Shown here piece after piece: positions 1-13,800 of a DNA stretch of 64,000 nt. The notes below the pieces were generated by a model, which saw only the letters and a list, made by a program, of their open reading frames with translations, was not told where the DNA came from and made no database searches. The translations under genes were made by a program, and so were the position numbers. Positions within the stretch are counted from its first letter, which is position 1. Every line of letters starts with the position of its first letter. This stretch comes from Phallusia mammillata (lineage: Eukaryota): the NCBI GenBank assembly GCA_965637545.1, contig OZ281496.1, forward strand, positions 25,978,001 to 26,042,000, written 5' to 3'.

Positions 1-159
1 TCCTCTCTCACCCTGATGCAAACCTGCGCACACAAGTCTCCCTCCCACGCCTGTAAAATGTCTCCCTCACCCTGATGCAAACCCGCCCCTGTCACCGCGC
101 TGAAACTTCTCCCCTTCTCAAATAAGCAACAAAATGCACAAATCATATTTTACGAAAAC

Positions 160-2010
160 GCCGACGACAACATGGACAAACTACGCAACAACATAGAAAA
201 ACACGCAACAAAGAAGACAAACCACGCAACATCACAGAAAAACACGCAACAACATCGACAACGAATACAAACCACGCAACATCACAGAAAAACAAGCAAC
301 AACATCGACAAACCAAGCAACATCAAGCAACAACATCGACAAACTAAGCAACATCACAGAAAAAAACGCAACAACATCGACAACGAAGACAAACCAAGCA
401 ACATCACAGAAAAACACTCAACAACATCGACAAACCAAGCAACATCATAGAAAAACACGCAACAACATCGACAAACCAAGCAACATCATAGAAAAACACG
501 CAACAACATAGACAAACCAAGCAACATCACAGAAAAACACTGAACAACATGGACAACATAGACAAACCAAGCAACATCACAGAAAAACACTGAACAACAT
601 GGACAACGAAGACAAACCAAGCAACATCATAGAAAAACACGCAACAACATCGACAACATAGACACACCAAGCAACATCATAGAAAAACAAGCAACAACAT
701 AGACAAACCACGCAACATCATAAAAAAAACACGCAACAACATAGACAAACCAAAGAAAAACACTCATCGACAACGAAGACAAACCAAGCAACATCATAGA
801 AAAACACGCAACAACATAGACAAACCAAGCAACATCACAGAAAAACACTGAACAACATGGACAACGAAGACAAACCAAGCAACATCATAGAAAAACACGC
901 AACACCATCGACAACATAGACACACCACGCAACATCATAAAAAAACACGCAACAACATAGACAAACCAAGCAACATCATAGAAAAACACTCATCGACAAC
1001 GAAGACAAATCAAGCAACATCATAGAAAAAACACGCAACAACATAGACAAACCAAGCAACATCGCAGAAAAACACGCAACAACATCGACAAATAGACACA
1101 CCAAGCAACATCATAGAAAAACAAGCAACATCATAGAAAAACAAGCAACAACATAGACATACCACGCAACATCACAGAAAAACACTCAACAACATCGTCA
1201 ACGAAGACAAACCAAGCAACAGTATAGACAAACCAAGCATCATCATATCAAAACAAGCAACAACATCGACAACATAGACAAACCACGCAACATCATCGAC
1301 AACATCGACAAACACTCAACAAGCAACATCATAGAAAAACACGCAACAACTAAGACAAACCAAGCAACATCATAGAAAAACACGCAACAACATCGACTAC
1401 ATAGACAAACCACGCAACATCATAGAAAAACACGCAACAACATCGACAACGAAGACAAACCAAGCAACATTATAGACAAACCACGCAACATCATAGAAAA
1501 ACACCCAACAACATCGACAACGAAGACAAACCAAGCAACATCATAGAAAAACAAGCAACAACATTGACAAACCACGCAACATAATCGACAAACCACGCAA
1601 CATAATCGACAACATAGACACACCACGCAACAACATAGACAAACACGCAACAACATCGACAACGAAGACAAACCACGCAACATCATAGAAAAACAAGCGA
1701 GAACATCGACAAACCACGCAACAACATCGACAACATTATAGACAAACACGCAACAACATAGATAACATAAAAAACACGCAACAACATAGATGTAACAAGA
1801 CAGACAACATAGAAAAACACGCAACAACATCGACAAACATGCATCCAACATCTACAACAGAGAAAGTCACGCAACATAAAAACAAGCAACAATATAGACA
1901 ACATAGGAAAACACGCAACGTAGACCAAATAGAAAACATTCATGGAGAGCACACAACATACACAGCATTGAAAAACACGAAACATAAACAACATAAAACA
2001 CAACAACACG
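160..2010. repeat. A/C-rich modular minisatellite / low-complexity repeat
   Basis: Permuted modules such as aaaaacacgcaacaacat, cgacaacgaagac and aaaccaagcaacatcatag. Strong A+C skew on the + strand; degenerates towards 2010. The ORFs here are repeat artefacts. Confidence 0.95.
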
Positions 2011-4886
2011 GAAACTTGGGTCCCAACTCTCCGTTTCAGTGGTCTCCAATTCAGTAGTTTCCAATCTGCAACAACAACAATAAAACTTTATTTCGTAGAA
2101 GATGCAGAAATGCGCATTTAGTGTAACATCATAGAGAAAACAATATTTTTGTGACATACAAAAAAACTAAATATTTAGCACTCCAATGCTTATTTGATTC
2201 ATAAATTGAAGATGTACTAACCTGTGAATGATTGGAATGTTGGTCAGGCTGTCCCCATCTTGACTCTAAGATTTAACTGTTGGATCCATACGGGTCTGCA
2301 AGACAGCATTGGTCGAATTAAGGATCTGAATCAAAAACATAAAAAATAACAATGTTTTTTTAAACAAATCCTCTTAGGCTTGTTAATACTTACATTTAAA
2401 ATGTTCGCATATGAACCGGATTCCTCCACTTCTCTTTGCTGGCTTCGGAACAGGATTGAGAAGCGTAGATGGACAAACATCTGCAACAAAACTTACAGCA
2501 ACATTTGATGTAGTTACTATTGTTATCTTATTATTAAAAGTTCTATTGTTAACATTTTTACCCATACTGTCAAATGAAAGAACACACGTGACATGCACAA
2601 TTTTAAGTGTAACGTGCAAAATTTGATTACTTGCTAAGCTACACCTTAATTATTGGATCTTCACTGAACTTGAGGTCGCAGATTATGCGGTAAACTATTT
2701 AATGATGTTTCCCAAATCCAATAATACAGGTGGCAACGTAAGAAAATGCCAGAAAACCTGAAGCAAAACGACCCAACGTCATGAAATATAAGAACGTATT
2801 GCAGTTAACCGGATGCCTTTTTAGTAAAAAAATCACCTGGAACATTTCGGTTGTGAAGTCGTCTTTGGTAGTCTCTCATCGGCCAAACTTTCCTCGCCAC
2901 GAGTTACTGCAACAAGATTGACATATAACAAACCTGGTACACAAAGGAACTTCAAATATACAATAAAAAATATCCAACATTTATAATAAACGAAAAGACA
3001 AAACTTACAGGCGAGGGCGAATTTGAAGTGTAATTCAAAAAAGAGTGGTCTGGTAAATGGATGCCTCCTTCATCCGGTCCCAAATTTTGTTCCACGAAAA
3101 CAAACCGGTCTAGTTAACGTTTCGTATTTGTTTTTGGCACGTATGTATTAAGGCCCACATTAGACCAGCTAGTTCAAAAATAAACAAGTTACCTGTATCT
3201 TTCCTCTGTATTTATGTTCGGTTGCTTATCATCGCCAACTCTTCGGTCGCCACGAATTACTGAAGAAAGACTTATCCACGTCTTGTTGTGTTTCTGCAAA
3301 ATAGAAAGCAAACGCAGTACCAAGAAACGCAGCACAAAATGCTAAGTTCAGTTTAGTTCTAATAATCAGAAAACGCGTGACATGCAACGTGCCAAACTCC
3401 CATGCAATGTTGGTGTGTTGGAATCCTCACTACATTACAACTTAACAACTGTATATGAGGCCAAGTAATTAGCCGTGTTAAAAAGATAACTTAACTTCAA
3501 TCGGTTTGGTCATAACTTCCATCTTGGCTCAACGCGACTCTTTCCTGAAAGAAAACAAACTAAGGCAGCAACAGAAAACGTAACAAAGTATTTAATTATC
3601 TTCACACATTATACGTTTTAAATAACACAATACAGTGTCTTCACATCGTCGTAACTAAATCTAGGCGATTCATTGTACGGAATGTGCCGTGCCTCTCAGG
3701 TTGTTTACGTACATGTAACATACATAAAAGCTGCTTATGAACCGGATTTCTCCGCTGCTTTACTGTTTTGGGTCAGAAAGTAGCAGTGTGACGGACAATA
3801 ATCTGCAACGAAACTTACGGCAGAATTTGACATGCAAAACCGAATGGTAATTTACTGTTATCCATGATGAAATAATGGTAATTTACTGTTATCCATGCTG
3901 CCAAACGAAAGAACACACGTTACAAGCAAAAAATGAAGTGTAACATGCCAATTAACCATGCAAAATTTAAATATGCCAATTCACCATGCAAAATAATAAT
4001 ACTAGCTATACTACAACTTAACTTAACTATTGTTTCTTTCCCCAATTTCGAATCGACGGCAACGGAGAAGATACCAGTAGTCCTGAAATACGAAAGCAAA
4101 AAGTCCACCAGATCGCACCTAAACTTGTTACTATGAAGACGTTTTACCGTCGACACTTTTAGTTTACCACCACTAAAGGAAACGTGCCTCTCATCGCTCA
4201 AGTCTTCGCCGTGTAAAAAAAAACTGCACTCCAATGGTATTTGAAGTTGTACTAACCTGTGAAAGAGCTGCTTCGCCGTCTTGGCTCGACAATTTAACTG
4301 TTGAAGGATCCTTACGGTCCAGCAAGACAGCACAAATAAGGATCTGAATGAAAAAATACATAACTTATGAAAAAACAGAGTATGAAAAAAACAGTCAATT
4401 TGCTACAAAACGACAATAAAGTTTATCGATTACGACTGTATTCTTACATTTGGGATGATTGTGATGTAGAATATAAACTGAATTCTTTCAGGTTTATTTT
4501 TTCAGTTAATTTTGATGCTTCTCTGGTGCCGGTTTGACGAAGGTCTGAAACAAAACTAAAGTTTATTGAAATGTTACAAGCGTAACATAAACTTACATTC
4601 GATAAGTAATGTTTCATGTGTCGTTTAAAAAAACGACATTGTCCATGGCTTTCCCATTAAGTCGTTTGATGCCTGTCTAATGCTCTGACAAACATCTGCA
4701 ACAAAACTTACAGCAGCATTCGAGTTCACGATAAATATAGTTTCACAAAAGGTTATACTTCAACCGTTGCTGACAACTGAATAGTCAACCAAGCACAAAG
4801 TGACATGCAAAGCCATAAGTGCGACATACCAAACAACATCCGAGAATTGCAGCTACGGGAAAATGCCTACATAGGCACCAAACAAG

Positions 4887-7800
4887 TTCGCCTGTAAACA
4901 AGACAATTACCTGTTTTCTACTTTTTCGCTGCAAGTCATTGTTGACGAATCCTGTCGCTGACTATTCTTTTGAAAGAGTTACTATAAAAACAACAAACGG
5001 AACAATCAGCAAAGAAACATAGCGTAAAACACATTAAAACAAATTCAAACAAAACTCGCTGGCGTAGTAAGACGTGATTTGGGTTTGTAGCTTTGAAATG
5101 GTCTTCTCTCACTGCCAACTCTTTTCACCGGGAGTCACTAAGAAAGGACAACAGAAGAAACTTAACTATTACATAAAAGACCGAGTAGCAAAGGCATAAA
5201 TTGCAACAACTTACAAGCACAAGTGAAAAGATGCCTCGTCAGGATCCATTCTCCAAGAAACCTGTTGCAAAACAAGATTACAGATAAAATGGAGAAATAA
5301 TATCTTTTTCTCACATACATCAAAAAAACTGTACTCCATTGCTTATTTGACTCATACACATTCCGTTGTACTAACCTGTGAAATAACTGTTGGTCAGGGA
5401 TTCACCGTCTTGGCTCCAGGATTCAACTGTTGGCAGAGGATCTCTACGGTCCTGCAAAACAGCACAGGTCGAAGGATCTAAATGACAAAATACATAACAT
5501 AACAATGTTATCAAATATCTGTAACAATTATCCTACATATGCGGCAAGTGTCGTGCCTCTAAAGTTGTTTACTTACATCCAACATGGTCGCCTCTGACCC
5601 AGATTTCCTGCTTTACTGGCTTCGGAACAGCAAGTAGAAGGGCGACGGACAATAATCTGCAAAAAAAATTACAGCCGAATTTGATGTGCAAAACGGAATT
5701 AAGACGAAATTATAGTAATTTACTGTTACCCATGCTGCCAACTGCAAAATCACACGTAAAATGCAAAAATTAAAGTGTAACATGCCAATTCACCATGCAA
5801 AATAGGAATACTAGCTATACTACGACTTAACTTAACTATTATTTATTTATCAAACTTCGAATCGGTGGTAACGTAAGAAGATACCAGGAGACCTGAAATA
5901 TAAAAGCAGTAAGTCAACCAGTTTAAAAGTTTGCCTGTAAACAAGACAATTACCGTTTTTTTCTACATTTTCGTTGCAAGTCATTGTTGCCGAATCCCGT
6001 CGCTGACTATTCTTTTGAAAGAGTTACTATAAAAAAAAATCAGCAAAGAAACATAGCGTAAGACACTTAAAAACAAATTCAAACAAAACTCGCTGGCGTA
6101 GTAAAACGTGATTTGGGTTTGTAGCTTTGAAATGGTCTTCTCTCACTGCCAACTCTTTTCACCGGGAGTCACTAAGAAAGGACAACAGAAGAAACTTAAC
6201 TGTTACACAAAAGACCGAGTAGCAAAGGCATAAATTACAACAACTTACAGACACGGTCCAAATGCGGTTTACAAGTGAAAAGATGCCTCGTCAGGATCCA
6301 TTCTACAAGACACCTGTTACAAAACAAGATTACAGATAAAATGCAGAAACAATATCTTTATCTCACATACACATTGCTTATTTGACTCATACACATTCCG
6401 TTGCACTAACCTGTGAAAGAACTGTTGGTCAGGGATTCACCGTCTTGGCTCCAGGATTCAACTGTTGGCAGAGGATCTCTACGGTCCTGCAAAACAGCAC
6501 AGGTCGAAGGATCTATATGACAAAATACATAAAATAACAATGTTATCAAATATCTGTAACAATTATCCTACATATGCGGCAAAGTGTCGTGCCTCTAAAG
6601 TTGTCTACTTACATCCATCATGGTCGCCTCTGACCCAGATTTCCTGCTTCATTGGCTTCAGCAAGTAGAGGGGTGACGGTCAAACATCTGCAACAAAACA
6701 TCTGCTGCAGAATTTGATGCACTAACCGAATTAAGACAAAATTATGGTGATTTACTGTTATCCATGCTGCCAACTCAAAGAGCACACGTGACATGCAAAA
6801 TATGAAGTGACATGCCAATTCGTCATGCAAAACTAGAATACTAGCTATACTACAACTTAACTTAACTATTGTATCTTTCTCGAACTTCGAATCGGTGGTA
6901 ACGTAAGAATACCAGGAGTCCTGAAATATAAAAGCAGAAAGTCAACCAGTTCGCACCCACATTATGGTGTTCTGTTTTCAACATACAAAATCACCTGGAC
7001 TTTTTGGTTGTAAAGTGATCTTTGGTCGTCTCTCATCACAAGTTACTGCAAAAAGAATAACATTCATCAAACCTTTGGACCCATAAAGAAACACAGCGTA
7101 AGCACACTTCAAAACAAATAAAGCGTCATGGACTTTTGTCATGAATTATTTCAAACAAAACTCACTGGCGTAGTAAGACGTGATTTGGGTTTGCAGTTTT
7201 TAAATGGCCTTCCCTTATCGCCAGATCTTCTTCACTGCGTGTTACTAATAATGGACAACAGAAGAAACTTTACTAATAAACAAAAATACCGAGTGGCAAA
7301 AGCATAAATTTCAAGAACTTACAGGCAAGATCCAAATGTGATTCATAAGTGACAAGATGCGTCGTCAGGATCCATTCTCCAAGACGTCTGTTACAAAACA
7401 AGACTGCACATAAAATGCAGAAACAATATCTTTTCTCACATACAGGCCCTAGGATTTAACTGTTGGATCCCTACGGTCCTGCATGACAGCACAGGTCGAA
7501 GATTCCAAATGAAAAAAAACTACATAAAAAAACAAAGTTAAAAAATATCAACAATAATTATCCTTCGCATACGGCAGAGTTTCGTGCCTCTAAAGTTGTT
7601 TACTTACATCGAACATGGTCGCCTCTGACCAAGATTTCCTGCGACGGACAATAATCTGCAAAAAAAATTACAGCCGAATTTGATGTGCAAACCGGAATTA
7701 AGACGAAATTATAGTAATTTACTGTTACCCATGCTGACAACTGAAAGATCACACGTAAAATGCAAAAATTAAAGTGTAACATGCCAATTCACCATGCAAA

Positions 7801-10800
7801 ATAGGAATACTAGCTATACTACGACTTAACTTAACTATTATTTATTTATCAAACTTCGAATCGGTGGTAACGTAAGAAGATACCAGGAGACCTGAAATAT
7901 AAAAGCAGTAAGTCAACCAGTTTAAAAGTTTGCCTGTAAACAAGACAATTACCGTTTTTTTCTACATTTTCGTTGCAAGTCATTGTTGCCGAATCCCGTC
8001 GCTGACTATTCTTTTGAAAGAGTTACTATAAAAAAAAATCAGCAAAGAAACATAGCGTAAGACACTTAAAAACAAATTCAAACAAAACTCGCTGGCGTAG
8101 TAAAACGTGATTTGGGTTTGTAGCTTTGAAATGGTCTTCTCTCACTGCCAACTCTTTTCACCGGGAGTCACTAAGAAAGGACAACAGAAGAAACTTAACT
8201 GTTACACAAAAGACCGAGTAGCAAAGGCATAAATTACAACAACTTACAGACACGGTCCAAATGCGGTTTACAAGTGAAAAGATGCCTCGTCAGGATCCAT
8301 TCTACAAGACACCTGTTACAAAACAAGATTACAGATAAAATGCAGAAACAATATCTTTATCTCACATACACATTGCTTATTTGACTCATACACATTCCGT
8401 TGCACTAACCTGTGAAAGAACTGTTGGTCAGGGATTCACCGTCTTGGCTCCAGGATTCAACTGTTGGCAGAGGATCTCTACGGTCCTGCAAAACAGCACA
8501 GGTCGAAGGATCTATATGACAAAATACATAAAATAACAATGTTATCAAATATCTGTAACAATTATCCTACATATGCGGCAAAGTGTCGTGCCTCTAAAGT
8601 TGTCTACTTACATCCATCATGGTCGCCTCTGACCCAGATTTCCTGCTTCATTGGCTTCAGCAAGTAGAGGGGTGACGGTCAAACATCTGCAACAAAACAT
8701 CTGCTGCAGAATTTGATGCACTAACCGAATTAAGACAAAATTATGGTGATTTACTGTTATCCATGCTGCCAACTCAAAGAGCACACGTGACATGCAAAAT
8801 ATGAAGTGACATGCCAATTCGTCATGCAAAACTAGAATACTAGCTATACTACAACTTAACTTAACTATTGTATCTTTCTCGAACTTCGAATCGGTGGTAA
8901 CGTAAGAATACCAGGAGTCCTGAAATATAAAAGCAGAAAGTCAACCAGTTCGCACCCACATTATGGTGTTCTGTTTTCAACATACAAAATCACCTGGACT
9001 TTTTGGTTGTAAAGTGATCTTTGGTCGTCTCTCATCACAAGTTACTGCAAAAAGAATAACATTCATCAAACCTTTGGACCCATAAAGAAACACAGCGTAA
9101 GCACACTTCAAAACAAATAAAGCGTCATGGACTTTTGTCATGAATTATTTCAAACAAAACTCACTGGCGTAGTAAGACGTGATTTGGGTTTGCAGTTTTT
9201 AAATGGCCTTCCCTTATCGCCAGATCTTCTTCACTGCGTGTTACTAATAATGGACAACAGAAGAAACTTTACTAATAAACAAAAATACCGAGTGGCAAAA
9301 GCATAAATTTCAAGAACTTACAGGCAAGATCCAAATGTGATTCATAAGTGACAAGATGCGTCGTCAGGATCCATTCTCCAAGACGTCTGTTACAAAACAA
9401 GACTGCACATAAAATGCAGAAACAATATCTTTTCTCACATACAGGCCCTAGGATTTAACTGTTGGATCCCTACGGTCCTGCATGACAGCACAGGTCGAAG
9501 ATTCCAAATGAAAAAAAACTACATAAAAAAACAAAGTTAAAAAATATCAACAATAATTATCCTTCGCATACGGCAGAGTTTCGTGCCTCTAAAGTTGTTT
9601 ACTTACATCGAACATGGTCGCCTCTGACCAAGATTTCCTGCGACGGACAATAATCTGCAAAAAAAATTACAGCCGAATTTGATGTGCAAACCGGAATTAA
9701 GACGAAATTATAGTAATTTACTGTTACCCATGCTGACAACTGAAAGATCACACGTAAAATGCAAAAATTAAAGTGTAACATGCCAATTCACCATGCAAAA
9801 TAGGAATACTAGCTATACTACGACTTAACTTAACTATTATTTATTTATCAAACTTCGAATCGGTGGTAACGTAAGAAGATACCAGGAGACCTGAAATATA
9901 AAAGCAGTAAGTCAACCAGTTTAAAAGTTTGCCTGTAAACAAGACAATTACCGTTTTTTTCTACATTTTCGTTGCAAGTCATTGTTGCCGAATCCCGTCG
10001 CTGACTATTCTTTTGAAAGAGTTACTATAAAAAAAAATCAGCAAAGAAACATAGCGTAAGACACTTAAAAACAAATTCAAACAAAACTCGCTGGCGTAGT
10101 AAAACGTGATTTGGGTTTGTAGCTTTGAAATGGTCTTCTCTCACTGCCAACTCTTTTCACCGGGAGTCACTAAGAAAGGACAACAGAAGAAACTTAACTG
10201 TTACACAAAAGACCGAGTAGCAAAGGCATAAATTACAACAACTTACAGACACGATCCAAATGCGGTTTACAAGTGAAAAGATGCCTCGTCAGGATCCATT
10301 CTCCAAGACACCTGTTACAAAACAAGATTACAGATAAAATGCAGAAACAATATCTTTATCTCACATACACATTGCTTATTTGACTCATACACATTCCGTT
10401 GCACTAACCTGTGAAAGAACTGTTGGTCAGGGATTCACCGTCTTGGCTCCAGGATTCAACTGTTGGCAGAGGATCTCTACGGTCCTGCAAAACAGCACAG
10501 GTCGAAGGATCTATATGACAAAATACATAAAATAACAATGTTATCAAATATCTGTAACAATTATCCTACATATGCGGCAAAGTGTCGTGCCTCTAAAGTT
10601 GTCTACTTACATCCATCATGGTCGCCTCTGACCCAGATTTCCTGCTTCATTGGCTTCAGCAAGTAGAGGGGTGACGGTCAAACATCTGCAACAAAACATC
10701 TGCTGCAGAATTTGATGCACTAACCGAATTAAGACAAAATTATGGTGATTTACTGTTATCCATGCTGCCAACTCAAAGAGCACACGTGACATGTAAAATA

Positions 10801-13800
10801 TGAAGTGACATGCCAATTCGTCATGCAAAACTAGAATACTAGCTATACTACAACTGAACTTAACTTAACTTAACTATTGTATCTTTCTCGAACTTCGAAT
10901 CGGTGGTAACGTAAGAATACCAGGAGTCCTGAAATATAAAAGCAGAAAGTCAACCAGTTCGCACCCACATTATGGTGTTCTGTTTTCAACATACAAAATC
11001 ACCTGGACTTTTTGGTTGTAAAGTGATCTTTGGTCGTCTCTCATCACAAGTTACTGCAAAAAGAATAACATTCATCAAACTTTTGGACCCATAAAGAAAC
11101 ACAGCGTAAGCACACTTCAAAACAAATAAAGCGTCATGAACTTTTGTCATGAATTATTTCAAACAAAACTCACTGGCGTAGTAAGACGTGATTTGGGTTT
11201 GCAGTTTTTAAATGGCCTTCCCTTATCGCCAGCTCTTCTTCACTGCGTGTTACTAATAATGGACAACAGAAGAAACTTTACTAATAAACAAAAATACCGA
11301 GTAGCAAAAGCATAAATTTCAAGAACTTACAGGCAAGATCCAAATGTGATTCATAAGTGACAAGATCCGTCGTCAGGATCCATTCTCCAAGACGTCTGTT
11401 ACAAAACAAGACTGCAGATAAAATGCAGAAACAATATCTTTTCTCACATACAGGCCCTAGGATTTAACTGTTGGATCCCTACGGTCCTGCATGACAGCAC
11501 AGGTCGAAGGATCTAAATGGAAAAAAAAAACTACATAATATAACAAAGTTAACAAATATAAGCAATAATTATCCTTCGCATACGGCAGAGTTTCGTGCCT
11601 CTAAAGTTGTTTACTTACATCGAACATGGTCGCCTCTGACCAAGATTTCTTACTTTACTGGCTTCGGATCAGCAAGTAGAAGGGTGACGGACAATAATCT
11701 GCAAAAAAAATTACAGCCGAATTTGATGTGCAAAACAGAATTAAGACGAAATTATAGTAATTTACTGTTACCCATGCTGCCAACTGTAAAATCACACGTA
11801 AAATGCAAAACAAAGTGTAACATGCCAATTCACCATGCAAAATAATAATACTAGCTATACTACGACTTAACTTAACTATTATTTATTTCTCAAACTTCGA
11901 ATCGGTGGTAACGTAAGAGGATACCAGGAGTCCTGAAATATAAAAGCAGAAAGTCAACCAGTTTAAAAGTTTGCCTGTAAACAAGACAATTACCGTTATT
12001 TCTACATTTTCGTTGCAAGTCATTGTTGCCGAATCCCGTCGCTGACTATTCTTTTGAAAGAGTTACTATAAAAAAACGCAACAACTCTTTTCACCGGGAG
12101 TCACTAAGAAAGGACAACAGAAGAAACTTAACTGTTACACAAAAGACCGAGTAGCAAAGGCATAAATTACAACAACTTACAAGCACAAGTGAAAAGATGC
12201 CTCGTCAAGATCCATTCTCCAAGACACCTGTTACAAAACAAGATTACAGATAAAATGCAGAAACAATATCTTTATCTCACATACACATTGCTTATTTGAT
12301 TCATACACATTCCGTTGCACTAACCTGTGAAATAACTGTTGGTCAGGGATTCACCGTCTTGGCTCCAGGATTCAACTGTTGGCAGAAGGATCTCTACGGT
12401 CCTGCAAAACAGCACAGGTCGAAGGATCTAAATGACAAAATACACAAAATAACAATGTTATCAAATATCTGTAACAATTATCCTACATATGCGGCAAAGT
12501 GTCGTGCCTCTAAAGTTGTTTACTTACATCCAACATGGTCGCCTCTGAGGCTCTGACCCAGATTTCCTGCTTTATTGGCTTCAGCAAGTAGAGGGGTGAC
12601 GGACAAACATTTGGAACAAAACATCTGCTGCAGAATTTGATGCACTAACCGAATTAAGACAAAATTATGGTGATTTACTGTTATCCATGCTGCCAACTGA
12701 AAGAACACACGTGACATGCAAAATATGAAGTGACATGCCAATTCGCCATACAAAACTAGAATACTAGCTATACTACAACTGAACTTAACTTAACTTAACT
12801 ATTGTGTCTTTCCCGAACTTCGAATCGGTGGTAACGTAAGAATACCAGGAGTCCTGAAATATAAAAGCAGAAAGTCAACCAGTTCGCACCCACATTAAGG
12901 TGTTCTGTTTTCAACATACAAAATCACCTGGACTTTTTGGTTGTAAAGTGATCTTTGGTCGTCTCTCATCACAAGTTACTGCAAAAAGAATAACATTCAT
13001 CAAACCTTTGGACCCATAAAGAAACACAGCGTAAGCACACTTCAAAACAAATAAAGCGTCACGAACTTTTGTCATGAATTATTTCAAACAAAACTCACTG
13101 GCGTAGTAAGACGTGATTTGGGTTTGCAGTTTTTAAATGGCCTTCCCTTATCGCCAGCTCTTCTTCACTGCGTGTTACTAATAATGGACAACAGAAGAAA
13201 CTTTACTAATAAACAAAAATACCGAGTAGCAAAAGCATAAATTTCAAGAACTTACAGGCAAGATCCGAATGTGATTCAAAAGTGACAAGATGCGTCGTCA
13301 GGATCCATTCTCCAAGACGTCTGTTACAAAACAAGACTGCAGATAAAATGCAGAAACAATATGTTTTATCACATACAGGCCCTAGGATTTAACTGTTGGA
13401 TCCCTACGGTCCTGCAAGACAGCACAGGTCGAAGGATCTAAATGAAAAAAAACTACATAATATAACAAAGTTAACAAATATAAGCAATAATTATCCTTCG
13501 CATACTGCAGAGTTTCGTGCCTCTAAAGTTGTTTACTTACATCCAACATGGTCGCCTCTGACCTTGATTTCCTGCTTCACTGGCTTCGGAACAGCAAGTA
13601 GAAGGGCGACGGACAATAATCTGCAAAAAAAATTACAGCCGAATTTGATGTGCAAAACGGAATTAAGACGAAATTATAGTAATTTATTGTTACCCATGCT
13701 GCCAACTGTAAAATCACACGTAAAATGCAAAACAAAGTGTAACATGCCAATTCACCATGCAAAATAGGAATACTAGCTATACTACGACTTAACTTAACTA

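Noticed and set aside
1-90. Duplicated tctcaccctgatgcaaacc resembling a hammerhead CUGAUG core
   Set aside because: It reads CTGATGC rather than CTGATGA, with no stem II or properly placed GAAA; a short direct repeat only.
172-2157. Cys/Val/Leu-rich and Gln/His/Lys-rich ORFs
   Set aside because: They are translations of the minisatellite on both strands, with no domain or splice support.
7165-7245. One exon open as TRSEEDLAIREGHLKTANPNHVLLR, similar to THSEEELAMRDDYTKAEKPCHVLLC at ~18380-18457
   Set aside because: The sister-subunit copy is frameshifted and most differences are non-synonymous. Not enough to call a CDS, though a decayed coding ancestor is not excluded.
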